NCBI RefSeq assembly: GCF_018350175.1
Contig: NC_058368.1
Location: forward strand, 51,213,815-51,277,814
Length of the DNA: 64,000 bases
Direction: 5' to 3'
From: Felis catus
Lineage: Eukaryota
The translations under genes were made by a program, and so were the position numbers. Positions 24,901-38,600 of this stretch are shown one piece after another (position 1 is the stretch's first letter; each line of letters opens with the position of its first letter). The notes beneath the pieces were generated by a model. The model worked only from the letters and a program-made list of their open reading frames with translations. It was not told where the DNA came from and made no database searches.

Positions 24901-27900
24901 AGATGACTTAGACATTACTATATCAGAAGGCTCAGGGCTAGACCAGGTAAGTCCTTGAAATTATCTTTCAAAGGGCTGCCAAGGTGATTATCTGTAACAT
25001 CTAAAGATATAAGAATATCGAGACCAGTCAGGGTTGACCTCTCTTTTTGAAAATAGATGAGGTTTTCCTTTAGGGTAGGGCGCTTTAGAGTAGACCAAAT
25101 AAGTAAAGGCAACCGCAGTTTTAAAAAAAATTTCAAGGGGTGCCTGGGTGGCTCAGTTGGCTAAGTGTCTGACTCTTGATATTGGCTTAGGTCATGATCT
25201 CATGGTTCGTGGGATTGAGCCCTGCGTTGGGATCTTTGCTGACAGCATGGAGCCTGCTTGGGATTCTTCCTCTCCCTCTGCCCGTCCCCCCACTTGCTCG
25301 CACACACGTGTTCTATCTTTCTCTCTCAAAATAAAAAGCACAAAAAAAAAAAAAAAGAAATTTCAAGAACATAAAGAACAGGTTCCTCCAGTAAAAATGT
25401 ACCGAACGCATGTGTGTTTATGCCATGGACACAAAGACAAATCAGGTATGTACTTGGTCTTTAGGAAACTATGATTCAGTAGGAGAGGTTAGATATGTGT
25501 GCAAATCAACATATGAAAGAAATCAAGAAGAGAGTCCTAGGAATTACTATGAAGTTTAGCAGAAGAAAAACTGCATATTGTTTGGGGGAAATCATAAAGA
25601 AGATTCCTGGAGAGGACAGTATTTTTTAACTGGACTATGAAGAACAGATTAAATGGAGGAAATGGAGGAAAGAGAAGATAATTAATCGTACACAGTACAG
25701 TAAATGACTAAGCTAATTTTACAAATCCTAACATTTGACACTACAGCCCAAGGTATAGAGCCAAGTTTTGCTGTTACTCACAGTACTAGCTAGATCATAT
25801 ATAAACAGATGATTTCTTTTGATAGTTTCTTCATCTCCTAATTAAAGTAAAAAATATTAACTTCATAGAAATTAATGTCACATATCCATTAAAATCCATA
25901 GTAATAAATGGAATATTTCACTTAACAAAAGAAAATGAAAAATGGAAGTAAATATTTTTAGAATACAAATAAATACATTGTATACTTTTTCCTCTCCTTC
26001 AGGTGATGACAATAGTGCTTTTTCCTCTTGCTCTGGTGTAGGCTCAGCATCTCCAGAGATGAGCTTTCCAAATACCTGATAAAGACAGGAATGTGAGAAG
26101 GAATCAATGGCAGTAATTACTAGTGTGAAACCTAAAGGATGCATGAGCTAATACTGCAGGTTTTATAATATTACTATGCTGTTCTTGCTATACGCTACTA
26201 CTTTTAAGAATTAATGAATGCAAAATGAAACACAGGAGTTTAGGGCTAGGAGAAGAAGAGAAAATGGGTCATATGTTTGCCAGCCATCTCTAACAAGCTT
26301 TACAAAGTATCCTGTTACCCTTTGGTATCAGCATTGCAGAAGATACGATTTCAGTGTATCGTGTGCTAGAACCTGGAGTGAGGACACTCACTTGAGACGT
26401 AATAAGTCTGAACACTCGCAGAGTCTCGGCTTCACAGTTCCTTTGCTGGGCCACACTGGCTGAAATCTGGCCAGCAATTTTTGTGCTTTCGCCATCCTTC
26501 CAGCCCAGGACTTTTACTTGTCGAACTCTCAGTGTATTTTCTGGGCCCTTTAATTCAATCTTGATGATGTGATTATCCCCTCCTGGAAGTTCACTTGTTA
26601 CCCAACCAATGTGCCTAGAATCCAGATCAACCTAGCAAACAGAAAAGGGACAGAAACCTGATACAGCCATATCACTCTCTTATCAAGGTCCTAGACTTAG
26701 CGTTAATAACTGCAAGCTCAAATAACAAAGACTTGTACGGAGACTAAGGTTTACTGTGTTATTTCACACTGACTATCTTACTTAAGCCTGGTGAGGATAA
26801 GTAATACTACAGTAGCTATTATATAGATGAAGTGAGGTTAACCCAGGTTGAAGGATTCTCAGCAAAGTGAGGTTAACCCAGGTTGAAGGATTCTCAGTCA
26901 GACATGGAGCTGAGAATTAAAATACAGGTCTGATTACTTTCCATGCACAAGTTATGTTAAGTAAAATCATTAAAACAATTCATGTGACTGTCCTTTCCCT
27001 AATCTGACTGAGGAGAAATACAAGATCAGCATGAGGTCGTTTTGTGCATCTTCACATTTAACCACCATTTGAAGATAACCATGTTTTGTTGTTTTTTAAA
27101 GATAGATAAGCATATTTGATGTGCAGTTACTTAATATGTTCTGCTTCTGAAGAAAAATTATATAATATGTAACTGCATATTTGTGATTCCTGATTTCACT
27201 GAAAATGTAACTTTTCAAGGATTAAATTTCAATGCACTATGAAATGGTTTTTGACTCTATTCAGTTGATAAATGAAAAAATTAATTGATAATGTCAATTT
27301 TCTAGAAAAATCATTAAGCATAAATACTATCTCACTGAACAGAAGTATTTCCCCAAATTCTTTTAGCCTTTTAAACAAAATTTATTATTTGTTTAATCCA
27401 AAATTTCAATTTATTCTTTCAATACGATTTGAAAAACAAGTAGTCAACATATATGGGATAACAGCTTTGATAAAGTTTCACTAACACAAGTGAGTTTATA
27501 TAGAATGCCCAAATACAACCTAACTTGTTTCTAAAGTTCATTTGTAAATTGACTTGCAGCCTGGATTTAGTTGCACTGTTGTGATAGATTTTCAGGCTAG
27601 AGGACAACAATCTACATTTTAACCTGAAGGGTAGGTGTTAATTGTGAATGGGATTTGTGATGCATTTTAAGGTGCCCTGAATCTTTCTTTGTAAGGGAGC
27701 AGGAGGCAGAGTAGAGGACTGTAGGTATAGTACAATCGATTGTGACAGGAGAGCATTTAGGACACTATCGGCTATTAGCACAGGGATGGTTGTAAATGTT
27801 CCTGTATCTGGACTATTTGTTGGTTTAATGTTTTGTAAACAGATGAGTTCCTAGAATACTTTGGTAGCATGCCGAAATTAGAATTTAACAGAGGAGGCTG

Positions 27901-29560
27901 AGAAGAATTTCTCCCTAGGTAACATTTAATGACAAAATTTTAATTACCTGTTTTATTCTGCACAAATCTTCTACTGCTTTGCCAGTTAAGAAGGTCATTG
28001 AGGTAACTTTATTCTAAAACAGACAATGCACAACAATTATTCTTCCATATTCCTGCTACTGAATTTATAATGATTTCTTACAGCCTACTGATATCACATC
28101 AACTCTTCTGTATGTCTGTCATGGATTCTTCCTAACTGATCTCACTCCATCTGCCCAACCAACCACATTCTTTTTTTTTTTAATCTTTTAATGTTTATTT
28201 ATTTTTTTTGAGAGAGAGACAGAGTATGAGTGGGGGAGGGGCAAAGAGAGAGAGGGAGACACAGAATCTGAAGCAGCCTCCAGGGCTCTGAGCTGTCAGC
28301 ACACAGCCCAACGTGGGGCTCGAACCCACAAACTGTGAGATCATGACCTGAGCCGAAGTCAGATGCTTAACTGACTGGGCCACCCAGGTGCTCCCCCTGC
28401 CCCTCAAGCAACCACATTCTTACAACTCCAGTCTTGTCTCATTCTCACAAATTCTACCTTCAGTCTCCATGGGCTCTGAAAGAAAAGCTTGGCATTCCTT
28501 CTTTCTATCCAAAGTCTAAACACTTAAATTCTATCTCTATCATGAGACTTTCCAACAACTCTGCTTTCACTCTTGTCTCCACTCCCTAACAAACACTCTT
28601 GACTATCACAATGTACCAAGACTGTCTTACAGCCTTGGAGAAGGACATATAAGAACGATGGGTTCTGTCCTCTTGACACACTAGGGAAGGAGCATTAGCA
28701 AACAAAATAAATGTCAAACAGAAGTTCAGTGTCATTAGGTACTAAAAAGATCATGCTAGTTCTAGAGCCAGAGACCTTAAGGTTGAATAAGCTTTATGCA
28801 AAGCACATCAGGAAACAGATTAACACATTAATTCCTTGGAGCATTGCATACTTTAAGCACTCTAGGTTGATGCAATTCAAACAACTGCCATGTATAAGGC
28901 ACTGGTGGTAGACAGGCTGGGGACACACAGGTACATAAGCCTTAAGGATACACAGAACTTAGAGGAGGTTTCTTAAAAGGAAAGCACATGTCAGCTTATC
29001 TACTGGGGATTTTAAAATGAATATTGCTATGATTATCTCCCTAAAAGGGAAAAATGTCAAACTGATTGGAATCATTGTTCTGAGGGAGAGTATGTCCTGG
29101 CTTAAAATATACCATGAGTCAAAGATAACTTTGTACTGAACAGTAAGTTCTAGCTAGAAAAATGTTTTGATTTATTACACCTGACTTTCTAGTAAGATAA
29201 AGTAGTTGTACAAATTGAAACTCTTGGCTCTGAAAAGGAGGTACGCTTATATTAGCTACGCCCCTTCTTCTTATTCACCGCCACGGAAGCACTGCAGCTG
29301 CACTTTTGGACAGGAGTTGGGGGTGGCTGCAGATGGCGAGGAGTGTTCTGACTGCAGACTGGGCTTCTCAGGTTGGCATTCTATCGAGGTTACCCAAGAC
29401 CCAACCCCATCACTCTGTCTTCCTGGGAAAGGAAATGTGTGAATGGGATAGGAGCAGCTTGGCAACAGAGGGGATTTATAATACTGTATCTATTAGCAAG
29501 CCACATCCATTCTTTTTTCTTTTTTAAGTTTTTACTTAAACATTTTTTTTGATGTTTATT

Positions 29561-29603
<43 letters not shown>

Positions 29604-32600
29604 GAATGGGGGAGGGGCAGAGAGAGGGAGACATAGAATCTGAAGCAGGCTCTGAAGCAAGCCACATCCATTTTGAGGGAAAAAACTCTAAGGAGTATCC
29701 TTCCCCAGGAATGGGGGGAGAAGCACATGAGTTTGGCAGCTGGTGTCTTCTTGGTTCTTAACACTCAAGTAAACAGGACTCTTTTCCCATTATTTAGTGC
29801 CTTTTGTAAAGGAGTGCTTAATTCAGTTGAAACATGTGAACAGGCTAGTGCTAGGGAGAATACAAATTATGATCATTTAGGTTAGTCTAGAAACCCCACC
29901 ACCATCGTCAAGACAGTTAAGGGTGAAGGCTAGAAATTGAAAGCTAATTACATGATAAGTCAAAGTGTATTCAGTGCCATCAGAGTAATAGAAAGAAGAA
30001 CGTAGAGAAGGGAAAGAATAATTTTTATAGAAGAGGTACCGGGAGAGGATTTCTCTGCTGGTCTTTTGAGATTTTGGGAGAATCTGATAGGCAGAGTTTA
30101 AGGGGAGGACTTCCAGGCCAAGAGAATAGCTTAAACAAGGGTACGGAGGTAGGCAACTACAGAGGAGACATTTATTCTGCTTAGCTGTAGCCAGGATGTA
30201 TTTGTAATCACACCTCTTTTTAGAGCTGGTATTCCATAGTGCCCCTAGTCCTATTAATCTGTTTTTAGACGTAAGATTTACTTGGGAAGTATAAAAAGGC
30301 TGTTTGGTCAGTGAAATTCCACATGAAAATCTTTTTGCTAAACTTAGAAGGATAGGGCATGGTAACTGAAGGTCTGAAAAGAACTAATGAGCCACAAATT
30401 AAGTTTTCTTTCTTACCCCTAGATCTCGGGAATTATCCACATGGACAGATACATAGCGGGCATTGATTCCTTTTACACAGTTGATGGTGATGTTCTTAGT
30501 TTTGTTTTTATCCTCATCTCCTGATTCCCAAAAGGTTTCCGTAGAACCATCTGTCAAACTGCCAATCATGGCAGGTCGGCTTGAAGTTTTTATGTCAACA
30601 ATGCTGGTTAAGTCCTTTAAGCATATTACTATGCACAATTCCTACCAGAAACAAATGTTTTCACATTATTACATGTTTTACATTATTACAACACTGAAAT
30701 GGAAATCTTTCACGATAATAAAACAAAAGATGTGAGATAAGAAATGAAATGAATCAAACTGTTTATGAGTGACTTTCAGTTTCTGCTTGTATACATCGTT
30801 GAATAGTAACAGGGTAACAGAGGACAACTTTCAATGACTGACCTGACTCATCGCTTCAAAGCCAGACTGGATACTGATGCTAAAACTTTCTTCACTGTCT
30901 CCATCATCTGATTTTGACAGAATATTGTTAATGTGATGAAAGACATTACTCTGATGGAGGAACTGGTGATCAGATTGCTTGAATTTCAGACTCCAGCACC
31001 TAAAAAGGTATAAGCAAGGTGTTAAATAATTCCTAAGGAATTTCTGGGAAAGCACTCTGTAGTTAAGATTTTTAAAAATCTTAATATTCTAGGGAAAAAA
31101 CAGAAATAGAAAAAAAATCAGGGAATAGTATCACCGCCTTTTTGTGAACAATAAAGGTAATTCTTTGGAATAGGGTAAGACCTAAGGAAAGTTCACCCAT
31201 TCTACACATAGAAAAACTGGATACATGAACGTCAAGGGTACAGAAGCAAAAAAGGTAATAAATCAATCTTGCAGACAGACAAGTGTGACCTCAACCAAAA
31301 CAAGCCTCTCAAATTTATCAGTCTTACAATTCTATACTAATTCATCAGAATTATATATACTCTGATATATAACACATCCTGTACTTCAAAAATCTTTTTA
31401 GGAGGAAACACAATCTCCCCTCTACCAGTCTTTAGGGATGTGGGTAGCCAAAATTCACTCCAAAAATCTACAGTTAATAAAAACCAGTGGAGCATTTTTT
31501 ATACGTGCGGTCCAGTGTGAAGATCTGATGACAAGGTTCACAATGTAGAAGTAATGTGAAAATCTCAGCAGTCTCAGACTTAAAAGTAGGTAATGTTCCT
31601 CAAGGTAGTTTTAGGCTACCTTACATATGACAGAGGTTTCACTTTTCTTAAAATTCTCTTCAATTCAAAAACCCTATTTTGAATTCTGTTTCTGAGATTT
31701 CATTCTCCTTCTCCCTTTTGTGACAGTTAAGATTGCTACTCTTGGGTAGCACTGAGACAAGTTACTTGAGGTAGAAGAGGGGCAAAAGTGAGGAAAACTG
31801 TTACAGACTGGGGTAATTTAGAGCACTAAGTGATGTATTATCCTTGTTTTACAGAGAGGCAAACAGGTGTGAGCCAAGGAGGAAATTCCAGATTAAGGCA
31901 GTAATGAGGGAAGCACCATTCACATAATGTAGAGATTCTTTGTATCTTAGTATTTAAAAGGTCTTTTGAGCATCTCGAGCTTTGAATACTACATAGAATC
32001 TCTTCTCCAACATACCCAGAATACTGAGATATACGATTACCTTAGGGCCATTTGCTGTAATGAACTGCCACTGGGGAGAGACATCATAAGATCAGAGATA
32101 GTTTGAAGTAAGCGGTGAAATGTGTGTGGTAAAGGATGAGCGGCTTCACCCGCAATCACTATATCTGAGAGTGGATGTTCACATACTCTCGTGTCTTTCT
32201 CCTAAGACAGAAATTGAAAGCAGGTTGATCAGTCTGTGTGCTGGAAGGAACTTTCCCCACAAACAAATATGTACACTTAAAAGTGTTATGTATATTTTAA
32301 AGACAGTCATGTAACAGAAATGTAAACAATAAAACCAAAATCAAAGCATACCCAAAACACACATTCAGATGAACTAATTATGTTTGTATTATCTTTTAGG
32401 GAAAAAGTGATGCAGTCACTCATAAATAAAATCACCAAACGAATACTGTATCTGTATCAATTTTAGTGTGCTCACAGTCTCCTAGCAGGGTAACTCAACG
32501 TGTATGCAGGAACTAAGTCTCACCCAAACTGCTGACCCACAGAGTTGTCAGCCAATAGGAAACTGTTTTCATCCATTGAGTTTTAGGGTGGTCTGTTATG

Positions 32601-35600
32601 CAGGAATATTTAGTTGTGAAAGGTGTGAAACAATCTCACACTGTAATTGTGGATGTTTTTTTCCCTCTTTTTCCTTGCAGTTCTGTCAATTTTTACTTAA
32701 TATTTTTAAGGCTATATGATTAGATACATACATGTTTAGAAAACGGTTTTTGTAGAAACCATTTTCATCCCTATTAATAATTTCGTCTTAAGAGCTATAA
32801 CAACTTTCATGTCCCTACAGAGTATCACTTTCACTCTCTGCCAACTTACAGCAATGTTGTAGACAGATATTCTCTATAATAATGTTGCCCTGTTTACCTG
32901 TCTTATACAGTACTATAACAGTATACATCTTTCAGTTCATTGCTTCATGACAATAGTATTTAGGGAGGAATCAGTCTCTAAGTATAGTGACTATGTTGCT
33001 CGATAGCACTGAAATTTTATTCTTGCCTTTTAGCTTATATAATCTGTGTGTGAACTCATGCATATTATTATAGGATCTGAAGGTGGTCCTACTCTTCTAT
33101 AAAAATATAGACAAATTTGAAAAACCCAAAAATCTCACTTACTTGTTCTGCATTTTCTTTGTTTGTTTTATTTTCCTCATCCTCTTCTTCCTCTGGTTCC
33201 ACTGGAGCAGGAGTCAATGATGCCACAAAATGCCACAGAATATCATGTAGAGAAGTCGTCTGGATGACATTACACAGAAGCCAGTTGAAAGCCTGAATAA
33301 ATGAAGGTTAAATGAGTCAAAGATTAAAAAAAAAGGTGGGACTAAAAACTGCAGAACCCTCCTTACTCAGAAACAAAGTATCTCCACTAAGTGTTTCAAG
33401 GAAAGATACTAAAAACATCTGACCTTCATTTCATTAAAAACACAATGAACTTGAAACAGTCAATAATTTTGGTCCGGATTAAAAACATAATAGGGAAAAT
33501 AATATCTATAAAATGTAATACAGAAATATTTTTTCAAACCACTTTTTATTTCAAACTTTCATCTTCATATTAATTTGCTGAAGCACATTTTTCCCCAACT
33601 TGTACTTCGGATAAACAGCTTTTTTTTCAAGCTCTACCAAGCTATCACTAACTTAAATATATTTATATTGTTCCCATTAATCAAGTGGCAGGTTATTTAT
33701 TATAATGCCCATGACAAAGACAAAGATTTACTATACATAAAAATACAACATCTAGCGATCCTGTCATTTCCAGAGAATAGACTCAGAAAAATTATTATGG
33801 TTAAATTTATAACTGAAAAGCTCTACTTTTCATCCCTTTTCATGATTCTTCTAACTGAAATGACATCATCATTACAAAAGCTTTTTAAAAAGACATTCAT
33901 AGCTTTCAAATAATAAAGCAGTGCAGAAATAAATTTCTTTAGAGTGCTTAAAGATGGATCTCTAAATTCATTTATATTCATGAACATAAGAGTTTAATTT
34001 TAATGTGAACATTTGATATTTTCGATTGGCTAATGTCTCTTAATTTTTGGAAATTTCTGTTGGGTAGAAAAGTAATATCATTAAATAGAATCATCAAATG
34101 ATTTGTATGGTCAAGGAATCAATAACCCCATTTAATGTATTCATACCTCCATAGCAAAAACTCGGCAAGCAGATTTCCTTAGGGCCTGTTTCATTGCTAT
34201 TTCAAGACCTTCTAGATCATGATGTTGTATAACAAAAGCCAAAACTGGCCACTGGAAATTTCGTTCTCCTTTGGAAAGAGAGCTGTGGGCTGAGATTAGC
34301 CGGGAAAGCTCAGGAGATGGATGTCTCAAGAGGGAAGAACCAACTTCTATTTATTGGAAAAAAAAGAAAAAATAACTTTCACAGGCAATATATACAATTA
34401 ACATATTTACAATGTTATTAAAGATAATAGTATCTAGCTGATTCATTATAGAATCTTTGAAGCTTTTTGTTTTGTTTTCACATGTGACACAAATTATAAC
34501 CTCAATTTTTACTGAGGCTGAGTAGGATTAAATATCTCACTTTCATAAAATCATATAGCTATTAAATTGTGGAGCTAAGTTTTAAATCAAGGGCTGAATC
34601 TAAAGTTCATGCTTTCTAAAATGCTCTAAAAGATAACTGTATTTTTCCCCCTAAATGGAATCTACAGAAGTTATAGAATCATCTGTCTATAAATATTAGA
34701 CCAGATCTTCATTTTAGTTAAGTGGGCTACCTGATAAATCATCACCATGTTATCCTTTTCTCTTGGGTTTCTTTTTTTATTCTTGACACAGAATCAGGCA
34801 GCCCTGATTTGGAGCTGTTGATACCAACTAGTCCAGGTTGTCTAACTTTTTTACTGATTAAGAGCTACTTATGTCCCCAAATTATCTACTCAGAGAGGAA
34901 GCAGCTGCAAGGGGTATATATAAGCTTCTATTAGGAGTGAGAATATAACTGTGAAAGTGTAAGTCACTGCAACTACTAGTTCACTGAAGCTTAGTGGAAT
35001 AGCTCATGACAGCAACATTAACAAGTAAGATTTTAAAGGTCAATTTATTCTTGAAAAAGCAATCACTGGATGGTCTCTAAGTGTGTCTTTCAACTGAAAT
35101 TGAAAACTTAGGCACAATTATAGCTTCATAAAAGGAACGTCAACCACGATTTAAAATTAATCCATTTCTGGGGCGCCTGGGTGGCTCAGTCAGTTAAGTC
35201 TGACGTTGACTCTTGATCTTGGCTCAGGTCACAACCTCAGTTTGTGAGTTAGAGCCCTGCATTGGGCTCTGTGCTGGTAGCATGGAGCCTGCTTGGGATT
35301 CTGTCTCTTAAAAAAACTAATCCATTTCCTTTCAAAAACTAGATGTTAAAAAATACCTGCAAACAAAATCATGTGGACCACTGAATCTTTCTTTTTATCT
35401 TTATACTTACCAGTGTCTCCACTGTTAACTCTTCTTCTAGGAATGGCTTTAACTCGTGCAGGTAAAATGGAGTGTTGTTTATCATATTCAGAAGCAACAA
35501 CTGAGTATGATCTTTGGAAGACAGTTCTCTTTGCAAGATCAGTATCAGTTATGGGACTAGTTTCCAAACTGTAGACAGAAGATGATGACAGGTAAAAACA

Positions 35601-38600
35601 GGAGAAAAAGTGAATAAAGTGAAACTATATTCACTTTATGACAGTGTAGTCAAATATATGAACCTACCTCTCATGTGGAAAAACACAAATTCAAAGCCAA
35701 CTTGACAATTTCTCTTTAAATCACCATTTGATCTTTCCAAAAGCATTAACATTTTGATTGATTTTAGAATTGCATCTTAAAAGTTTTGGTTTTCTTAAAT
35801 CTACTTTGCATTTTTACATGAAAAAGAAGAAAAGGCACTGAATGTGCTAAACTCCTTTCAGAATCACAACATTGTGGTAGAAGTTATCTGTCACGATATT
35901 CAGGAAAACCAGGCAGATATATTTGTAAGAGCACTGAGTAGAAAGAAAATGGATCTGTACATACAGAAACCTAATAAAATGGAAAGTGAAACAGTTCAAT
36001 GTTCTCTCTGTACTTGAGTGCTCAATTAGGTTTCTCATTCTTGGGAAGTGGTGCCCAAAGACTTTTCAACAGCATGGCCATACTAAGTTCAACAAAAGGT
36101 AACAAACGGATTTTTGGCATACAGTTATACTGACATTCTAGAAGAATTCAATGATTTTCACTCAGGTTTAAGTAAACTAAAAATTTTTCTATTTACTATA
36201 GCAACATTAAAAAATTCTTGAAGAAAATTATACAGTTTGAAGTGTAAAAAAAAATTCTTGAAGAGTTATTAATATGGTTATATATTTTCCTTTACTGAGG
36301 CATTTTTTAAAAAAAATTTTTTTTTTTTTAACGTTTATTTATTTTGGGACAGAGAGAGACAGAGCATGAACGGGGGAGGGTCAGAGAGAGGGAGACACAG
36401 AATCCGAAACAGGCTCCAGGCTCTGAGCTGTCAGCCCAGAGCCCGACGCGGGGCTCAAACTCATGGACCGCGAGATCGAGATCGTGACCTGAGCCGAAGT
36501 TGGCGCTCAACCGACTGAGCCACCCAGGCGCCCCCTGAGGCATTTTATAAAAAAAAGAAATACCTTCCTTTACCTCCTAAGACAAATTTACAAGCTATTG
36601 TTTTCAATGTATTCTTTTTCCTGTTACTTCTTTCCAAACAGGGACCTTTGTGCTTACTGGGAGTTCTGCGTTTCTTTTCCCCCATTCAAGACAGGTTTGA
36701 ATGCCTATGTTCCTCAGTAAAGCTTATACATTTTCTAGGAAGTAGCTAACTCCCTCCCTGGCTGTTTTCTTCACTCACCACCTCTTTAAGTGTATGTACA
36801 CTCTCATTTGAACAGGCTATAAATACTGTATATAACCCATGGGGGTAAATGTGCCTGGACGTCAGCTTGGGCCAACAGCTTCCAGAATGACCAGAGAATA
36901 GGGATATGTTAATTTTAATTCACCTTATAAATGGTGTTACTATAAAATTCAAGACATTTATTATACTTTCAGAGGAAGTTTATCCAACAACTTGGAAAAA
37001 AAAGGATTGTTATATAACCTAAAAAAATAACGACTCGTTCTTATAAAAATGATCATGCCTATAAAAAAAAAAATTCAAGCAACACAAGAAAACCAAAAGG
37101 AAGTGAAGATGACCATTAACAACGGTGGCTACTTTGCATCAGGTAATTCCTTGTTGTGGAGGGCTGTCTTGTGTACTGTAGGATGTTTAGCAACATTCTT
37201 GACTTCTACACACTAGGATGCCTGTTGAAATAGCCCAGTTATGACAAGCAAAAATGCTCAGATGTCACCTGAGAGGAAAAACCACCCCCTTACCCCTCAC
37301 TGAGAACCACTGATTTAATGGAGTCATTATTCATCAACTTTGTAACAGCTTGAGTTGGCCAAGACGTTTTAAAAGAATAGCTCAAAAATGCTATATTCCT
37401 GAATTACCATATGCTTAAAATTTCTCAACCTGGCTGAATATAAACACTTGAATCAGTTTATTTTAGATTTTATGAAAATTACCCTTATGTGTAAAGTATA
37501 TATAGTCTTTTAAACATGCTTTTTAGAACATGCATTTGATTCCTTTGATAAATCCACAATTTAGTTCTAAGATTCCCAAGATCTTTTATATTTAAGTTTG
37601 TCTGACTGACTGGGTAAAATTTTTAAGGTAGTATTTTCTTTCTTTTGAAGAAAGAGACATTATTTCACTTTTTTTTTCATTCAAAATTGTTATACAGAAG
37701 TCTGAATTCAGTCTAACTTTTCCCTTTGCAAGATGACTTCTTTTTGTTTTTAAGTTTATTTATTTATTTTAAGAGAGACAGAGAGGGTGTGAAAGGGGAG
37801 GGACAGAGAAAGAGAGGGAGAGGGAGAATCCCAAGCAGGCTTCGTGCTGCCAGAGCAGTGCCCAATGCAGGGCTCGAACCCACAAATGGTGCGATCGTGA
37901 CCTGAGCTATAATCAAGAGTTAGATGCTTGATCAACTGAGCTACCCAGGTGCCCTGCCATTTGAAGTTGTTATACAGAAGTCCAAATTCAGTCTAACTTT
38001 TCCTTTTACAAGATGACTTCTTTTTCTGTGCTCAGTTACTTGAAAACTTCTAGTGTTTTTTTTTCTTCGTATTTCAATAACTTAAGCTATTTTTTTTTAA
38101 CCTAAGCTATTTCTCATAGTTACCTGCTATAAAAATTTCCTTTTAGTCTGGAAATTCAATACTTTATTATTTTGGAAATTTTTTCTTATATTATAGCTTT
38201 AGATACATTTTCTTTTTTTTTTTTAAATTTTTTAAATGTTTTAATTTATTTTCGAGACAGAAAGAGACAGAGCATGAGCGGGGGAGGGGCAGAGAGACAG
38301 GGAGACACAGAATCTGAAGCAGGCTCCAGGCTCTGAGCTGTCAGCACAGAGCCTGATGTGGGGCTTGAACTCACAGACAGTGAGATCATGACCTGAGCTG
38401 AAGTTGGACACTCAACCGACTGAGCCACCCAAGGCGCCCCAATACATTTTCAATTTTATTGATTGGTTTTTCTACTTTAAAGATACCATTTGAATTGTCC
38501 GGTTTCCATACCTGTTATCTTCATTCTAACTGCTATAATTTCTTTGTCCTTTTACTTTTTACTCACTGTGATTATATCAAACTTTTTCTTCATGTCAATC

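Noticed and set aside
36209..36264. 16-bp direct repeat aaaaaattcttgaaga at period 40
   Set aside because: Low-complexity and A-rich with only two copies; not a meaningful array.
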